A stretch of 64,000 nt of DNA from an uncultured Actinomycetes bacterium (GTDB lineage: Bacteria; Actinomycetota; UBA4738; HRBIN12), in the NCBI GenBank assembly GCA_963790335.1, contig CAWBOB010000007.1:508905-572904 (forward strand), written 5' to 3'. Positions 61,199-64,000 of this stretch are shown here, in pieces (positions within the stretch are counted from its first letter, which is position 1; each line of letters starts with the position of its first letter). The notes beneath the pieces were generated by a model. The model was not told the DNA's origin. It made no database searches and saw only the letters and a list, made by a program, of their open reading frames with translations. Position numbers and translations under genes: made by a program.

Positions 61199-61279
61199 CC
61201 CGCGACCCAACCGCTTGGGTGCTTGCATCGAGCACATGGTCCCGTAGCCTCGCGCCTGGGCCTGCAGACACCCTCAGGC

Positions 61280-62629
61280 ATGCCGATAACCGCCGCAGAG
61301 ACCATGACGACGTTCCTGACCGACCTCGACCTGCATCCGCTCGACGGGCTCGCGGTGCGCATCCGCGATCGCTCGGCGACCACGGCCGTGATCGGGCTGG
61401 GCTACGTCGGGCTGCCGCTGCTCGTCGGCATGCACGGAGCCGGATTCCGGGTGATCGGTGTCGACGCCGACCGGCGCAAGATCGACGGGCTGCGATCACG
61501 CCGGTCGCACATCGGCGACCTCTCGGACTCCGCGATCGGGGCGCTGGATCGAGCGACCTTCGACGCCGACCCCGGTGTGCTCGCCGAAGCCGACGTGATC
61601 GTGCTCTGCCTGCCGACCCCGCTCACCGACGGTGCCCCCGACCTCTCCATGGTGCTCGAGGCGGCCGAAAGCGTCGCGCGGCACCTGCGGCCCGGCATGC
61701 TCGTGGTGCTCGAGTCCACCACGTACCCCGGCACCACCGAGGAGTTCCTTCGGCCGATCCTGGAGCGGACCGGCCTGCGCGCCGGGCTGGACTTCGCCCT
61801 CGCCTACAGCCCCGAACGCATCGATCCCGGCAACCGCGACCACGGGCTCGCCACCACCCCGAAGATCGTGGCGGGACTCACCGCCCGGTGCCGCGACCTC
61901 GCGTTCTCGTTCTACTCGGCATTCGTGCAGACCGTCGTGACGACGTCGTCGCCGCGGGAGGCCGAGATGGCCAAGCTCATCGAGAACACCTACCGCCAGG
62001 TGAACATCGCGCTCGTCAACGAGCTGGCGGTGCTCGCCCGCGACCTGGGGGTCGACATCTGGGAGGCGCTCCGCGCCGCGGCGACGAAGCCCTTCGGCTA
62101 CCAGCCGTTCTGGCCCGGCCCCGGCGTGGGCGGGCATTGCATCGCGATCGACCCCACCTACCTGTCCTGGCGAGCGGGCCAGCAGCTCGGCCACCGCGTC
62201 GAGTTCATCGAGCACGCGAACGAGGTCAACAACCGCATGCCCGACTACGTGGTCACGCGCATCGGCGAAGCCCTGAACGACGCCGGAAAGCCGATCAACG
62301 GCTCGAAGGTGCTCGCGGTGGGGGTGGCGTTCAAAGCGGGCGTCGACGATCTGCGCGGGTCACCCTCGCTCATGGTGCTCGAGCGGCTCGCCCGCCGCGG
62401 AGCCGTGGTTGCCTACCACGACCCGCTCGTCCCCGTGTGCACGATCGAGGGCGAGGAACACCGCTCGGTGCCGCTCGACGCTTCCACCGTCGGGAACCAC
62501 GACATCGTCGTGCTGCTCACCCCGCACCGGGGCCTCGACGTGCACGCCCTCGTGAGCTCGGCCGCCATGGTGTTCGACGCGCGCGGGGTCACCGTGGGGA
62601 TCGACGCCCCCCACGTCGTGCGGCTCTGA
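61280..62629 (+). CDS. Nucleotide-sugar dehydrogenase (UDP-glucose/GDP-mannose dehydrogenase family; UDP-GlcNAc 6-dehydrogenase-like)
   Basis: N-terminal Rossmann VIGLGYVGLPL, central catalytic region, C-terminal UDP-binding domain. Start ambiguous (61280 or 61304). Confidence 0.75.
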   Translation: MPITAAETMTTFLTDLDLHPLDGLAVRIRDRSATTAVIGLGYVGLPLLVGMHGAGFRVIGVDADRRKIDGLRSRRSHIGDLSDSAIGALDRATFDADPGVLAEADVIVLCLPTPLTDGAPDLSMVLEAAESVARHLRPGMLVVLESTTYPGTTEEFLRPILERTGLRAGLDFALAYSPERIDPGNRDHGLATTPKIVAGLTARCRDLAFSFYSAFVQTVVTTSSPREAEMAKLIENTYRQVNIALVNELAVLARDLGVDIWEALRAAATKPFGYQPFWPGPGVGGHCIAIDPTYLSWRAGQQLGHRVEFIEHANEVNNRMPDYVVTRIGEALNDAGKPINGSKVLAVGVAFKAGVDDLRGSPSLMVLERLARRGAVVAYHDPLVPVCTIEGEEHRSVPLDASTVGNHDIVVLLTPHRGLDVHALVSSAAMVFDARGVTVGIDAPHVVRL

Positions 62630-62657
62630 CCGTTCGGCGCCGGAGGGCCGCGGGAAC

Positions 62658-63521
62658 CTACGCCGGGCGCTCTTCGACCGTGACGGATTCGATGTAGACA
62701 GCCTCGGTCGGCACGCTCTGCTCGCCGGGGATACCCGGGTTCTCGGTGCCCTGGATCGTGCCGATCCGCTCGACGACATCGAGCCCCTTCGTCACCTCAC
62801 CGAAGATCGTGAACTCGCCCGCCGCTCCCCCCGGGTCGAGTTGCGGAGTGGGCGCGAGCGTCACGAAGAATTGGCTGCCGTTCGTGCCCGGCCCGCTGTT
62901 CGCGAATGCCACCAGGCCCGCCGTGTCGAACGTCTGCTGCGGCGACGTCTCGATCTCGTACTGATACCCGGGCCCACCCGAACCGTCGCCGACCGGGTCC
63001 CCTCCCTGGATCACGAACCCCTTGACGATGCGGTGGAAGGTGAGCCCGTCGTAGAAGCCCTTCCGAGCGAGGAAGTCGAAGCTGTTCACGGCGACCGGCG
63101 CGATGTCGGGCCGCAGCTCGATCGTGAAGTCACCGCACGATGTCTCGACCGTCGCGAGGTAGGTCGCTTCCGCGTCGATCGTCATCGGTGGCGGGCCGTT
63201 GAACTGCGCTGTCGGCTCGGCGGCTCCCTTCGGCGCGGTGGCGCCGCAGGCGACCTCTGCGGGCGGCTCCACCGCCCGGAGCACCGTGCCCGAACGGGTG
63301 CCAGGGGCTCCGGTCGGTTCGGCCGAGGCGCTCGTGCTCGCCCTGGCGTCGCCGTCGTCGTCGCCGGTGAGGATCGTGTATCCGGCGACCAGCAACCCGA
63401 GCCCCACGATGCCGCCCACCACACCCACGGTGAGGTCGCGGCGGCGCTTGGCGGCTTTCCGCTCGGCCTGACGGCGCGCCGCCAACTTCGCGAGCTGCTT
63501 GTCCCTCGTGCGACTGGGCAT
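62658..63521 (-). CDS. ppiA: Membrane-anchored cyclophilin-type peptidyl-prolyl isomerase
   Basis: Lys/Arg-rich N-terminus plus TM, Ala/Pro linker, then a cyclophilin domain (FHRIVKGFVIQGGDP, FANSGPGTNGSQFFV). Confidence 0.8.
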   Translation of the reverse strand: MPSRTRDKQLAKLAARRQAERKAAKRRRDLTVGVVGGIVGLGLLVAGYTILTGDDDGDARASTSASAEPTGAPGTRSGTVLRAVEPPAEVACGATAPKGAAEPTAQFNGPPPMTIDAEATYLATVETSCGDFTIELRPDIAPVAVNSFDFLARKGFYDGLTFHRIVKGFVIQGGDPVGDGSGGPGYQYEIETSPQQTFDTAGLVAFANSGPGTNGSQFFVTLAPTPQLDPGGAAGEFTIFGEVTKGLDVVERIGTIQGTENPGIPGEQSVPTEAVYIESVTVEERPA

Positions 63522-63534
63522 GTGGCCGCAGAGG

Positions 63535-64000
63535 TTACCGGGCGAGCATCTCCAGGACCAAGCCGTCGAGGATGTCGGTCTCGCTCACGAGCACCTGGTC
63601 GACGTCGAACCGGCGCATCGTGGCAGCGAGGATGGACGCACCGGCCACGATCACGTCGCCACGGCCGGGCGCCATGACCGCAAGCCCCGCCCGCTCGGCG
63701 TTCGTCATCACCGCGAGATCGTCGCGAACGCGAACCGCCTGCTCGCGCGTGAGCCACGTGCGGTGGATCAGGTCGGGGTCGTAGCGTTCCAGCCCGAGCG
63801 CGATCGCCTGCAACGTGGTCGCCGTGCCTGCGACCGCGACGAAGGTGCGGGCCGTGCCGAGGGGCACCGATGTCGCGACCTCGTCGAGCACGGCCCCGAC
63901 GTCCGCCTCGAGGGCTTCCAGCTCGTCGACGGCCGGGGGATCGTGATGCAGATGACGCTCCGTCATGCGCACGCTTCCCATGCGCGTCGAGATGGCCCGA
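63535..64000 (-). CDS. ppx: Ppx/GppA family phosphatase (C-terminal part of the N-domain; gene continues past the window end)
   Basis: The ORF is open to the window edge. VAVAGTATTL...SETDILDGLVLEMLAR matches the Ppx/GppA actin-like domain. Confidence 0.6.
   Translation of the reverse strand, partial: RAISTRMGSVRMTERHLHHDPPAVDELEALEADVGAVLDEVATSVPLGTARTFVAVAGTATTLQAIALGLERYDPDLIHRTWLTREQAVRVRDDLAVMTNAERAGLAVMAPGRGDVIVAGASILAATMRRFDVDQVLVSETDILDGLVLEMLAR

Overview
This is a high-GC (about 70%) window that looks actinobacterial. It is mostly chromosomal core and accessory metabolism. No prophage, CRISPR array, integrase or transposase is visible.

The layout, start to end, is:
- 1-7 kb: an exopolysaccharide-type locus with a family-2 glycosyltransferase (GT2) C-terminus, a sulfotransferase, a Wzy-like O-antigen ligase/polymerase, a bacterial tyrosine (BY) kinase co-polymerase divergent from a histidine phosphatase, and a secreted beta-propeller repeat protein.
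- 7-8.4 kb: a CPA2 cation:proton antiporter.
- 8.4-12.3 kb: three calcineurin-like metallophosphoesterase paralogs, one fused to a laminin-G-like (LamG)/fibronectin type III (FN3) module.
- 14.4-22.4 kb: a co-directional hpr-ppc-sga-mcl-mtkA-mtkB block that encodes all the serine-cycle-specific enzymes. This is the most striking feature.
- 22.5-26.9 kb: a secreted S33 peptidase and a PAS-GGDEF-EAL protein.
- 26.9-29.6 kb: a non-homologous end-joining (NHEJ) pair, LigD-type polymerase/primase and an ATP-dependent ligase, with a hemerythrin gene between them.
- 29.6-38 kb: an F420-dependent NADP reductase, a membrane adenylate cyclase divergent from a large ATP-binding LuxR-family (LAL) regulator, a lipoprotein/hydrolase pair and typA.
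- 38-39.5 kb: a DUF4143 AAA ATPase and an OsmC gene, with low-GC triple direct repeats between them.
- 40-44.3 kb: a recombination scar with gene remnants next to a LysE exporter, then potD/B/C-like ABC transporter genes with no ATPase gene.
- 44.3-46.8 kb: PPK2, a redoxin gene with an in-frame TGA exactly at the CxxC cysteine and a 25-bp tandem duplication at its 5' end, and an epimerase.
- 46.8-53 kb: class I fructose-bisphosphate aldolase, an L,D-transpeptidase, and a tightly coupled GT1-kinase(maltokinase/GlcN-kinase-like)-SIS operon.
- 53-59.3 kb: a secreted HExxH metalloprotease, an acyl-ACP desaturase divergent from an amine-oxidase-DUF1365-CFA-synthase lipid-modification operon.
- 59.3-64 kb: tRNA-Leu(TAA), adenosine deaminase, a nucleotide-sugar dehydrogenase, a second cyclophilin and a Ppx/GppA fragment at the edge.

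At least 15 genes show apparent single-base frameshifts, several inside G/C homopolymer runs. This points to indel errors in the assembly rather than true pseudogenes, but I cannot distinguish the two from sequence alone.
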